Shown here in pieces: positions 62,910-64,000 of a DNA stretch of 64,000 nt (position 1 is its first letter; each line of letters opens with the position of its first letter). A model generated the notes under the pieces. That model was not told the origin of the DNA and searched no databases. It saw nothing but the letters and a program-made list of their open reading frames with translations. The DNA lies in contig NW_003314278.1 of NCBI RefSeq assembly GCF_000143415.4, forward strand, positions 388,371 to 452,370, given 5' to 3'. The translations under genes were made by a program, and so were the position numbers. This stretch comes from Selaginella moellendorffii (Eukaryota; Plantae; Lycopodiophyta).

Positions 62910-64000
62910 CTTAGATGAATAATTCTCGTAAATATCTGATACACTCTGTTTTGGTCCCACTAGGATTTCGTAGCTGCCATATAAACATAGCTTCTTTCTG
63001 TAAAACAACCATTAGATAATATCTTGTGAATGGAAGGTTCAAAGAATTACCAGCTCACCCACTCTCGGACCACTAACAATGTGAAATTCGAGTTTGAGAT
63101 CGTCCCCCGTGAGCAAAGGTTTTAAATTTAACAATCCTGAAAAAAGTATTGAATATTGAAAACGAAAAAAACTACTACTTACCAGATAAGCTGATGCTTT
63201 TTAGAATAGCGTTAAACACGTCTTTCTGCTGGACGCTAGGGGCTGGCACGGAGAGAAATAAAGCAGCAGCTGACAAGCTGAAGTCCCTGTCTCTGAAGGC
63301 TAGGCCGGCCTCTACTCGAAAACTTTCGTTGAAAAAACAAGGTAATCCTCCAGAAAGTGTACATTTGCTCAACTCATACCAATCTTGCACGGAGGTATTT
63401 CCAATTACTTTGTACAGTGCTTTCACCTGGTACACGAGACAGTTCAAGAGAGGAAGGAAATGTATAGAACGTGTACCTTTTTAAGCATTGCCTTTAATCC
63501 TATTCTCTCGGCTATCGAGCCCAAAACTGTATCGTTTTCTTTCTTGAATGGATAGAGAATCCACAAGAACAAGACGCCTTTCACCTTCCTCCGTTGAGTA
63601 AGTTAAAGAGTCAACACCAAAGTGTTCAGTGTAAGTACCTCAGCAATGTTGACAGACTCTAGAGTCTCGCAAACGACTTGAAAGTCCTTCACACTAGCAA
63701 AGATTTAAATGAGTTCGAGAAACGAAAAGGGGACTGAACTGACTACCTTTGCGCACTCACTGGCCTCGTAAAAATCAGAGGCCAATAACCAAGCTTGTGC
63801 AGCAGGCACATCGCCCGAGCAGGATTCTTTCCGAAGAGCATGGCTTGAATCTGAAAAACGAATGTAAGAGGCACACGAAAAATAAAAACCAAGAGATCGT
63901 ATTCCACCTCCTGAGAAATGCGCTCCCTGGTGATCTTTGTTTCGAATGCAGCCTTCACAGAATCAGCAGATGCCACGCACTCCAGTTCCTCGTCCAGCTC
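62910..64000 (-). CDS. Duplicate CCA-adding enzyme gene, 3' exons (runs off the window)
   Basis: Near-identical to 21009-22090 ([25 protein letters not shown]). Confidence 0.8.

Overview
Eukaryotic, compact-intron plant genomic DNA. It is most likely the lycophyte Selaginella moellendorffii: introns are about 45-70 nt, and one diterpene synthase closely resembles the SmMDS miltiradiene synthase as I recall its sequence. The left 26 kb is gene-rich. It holds plastid EF-G, a subtilase plus a decayed tandem copy fused to a broken tRNA-Ile gene, and a bacterial-type DUF5077+DUF3472 gene with one spliceosomal intron plus an inverted, internally deleted copy. It also holds a ~2400-aa double SF1 helicase (SEN1/UPF1-like + UvrD-like + TPR, TRANK1-like) with a RelE-like segment between the motors, a tail-to-tail CCA-adding enzyme gene, and a mini SART-1 gene. 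From 26.2 to 58.8 kb a single diterpene synthase pseudogene is split at one intron by ~29 kb of inserted DNA. The insert is a mosaic of gene fragments (PPR, Crinkler-type NTPase, START-like), a 2.4-kb direct duplication, and a nest of Ty3/gypsy chromovirus remnants containing a TRIM, a MITE, a DNA-methyltransferase-like fragment and a 957-nt assembly gap. The right end has a catalytically altered, frameshifted GH32 invertase fragment fused to a duplicate of the helicase 3' end and CCA gene. Family calls come from motif recognition only; no searches were run.
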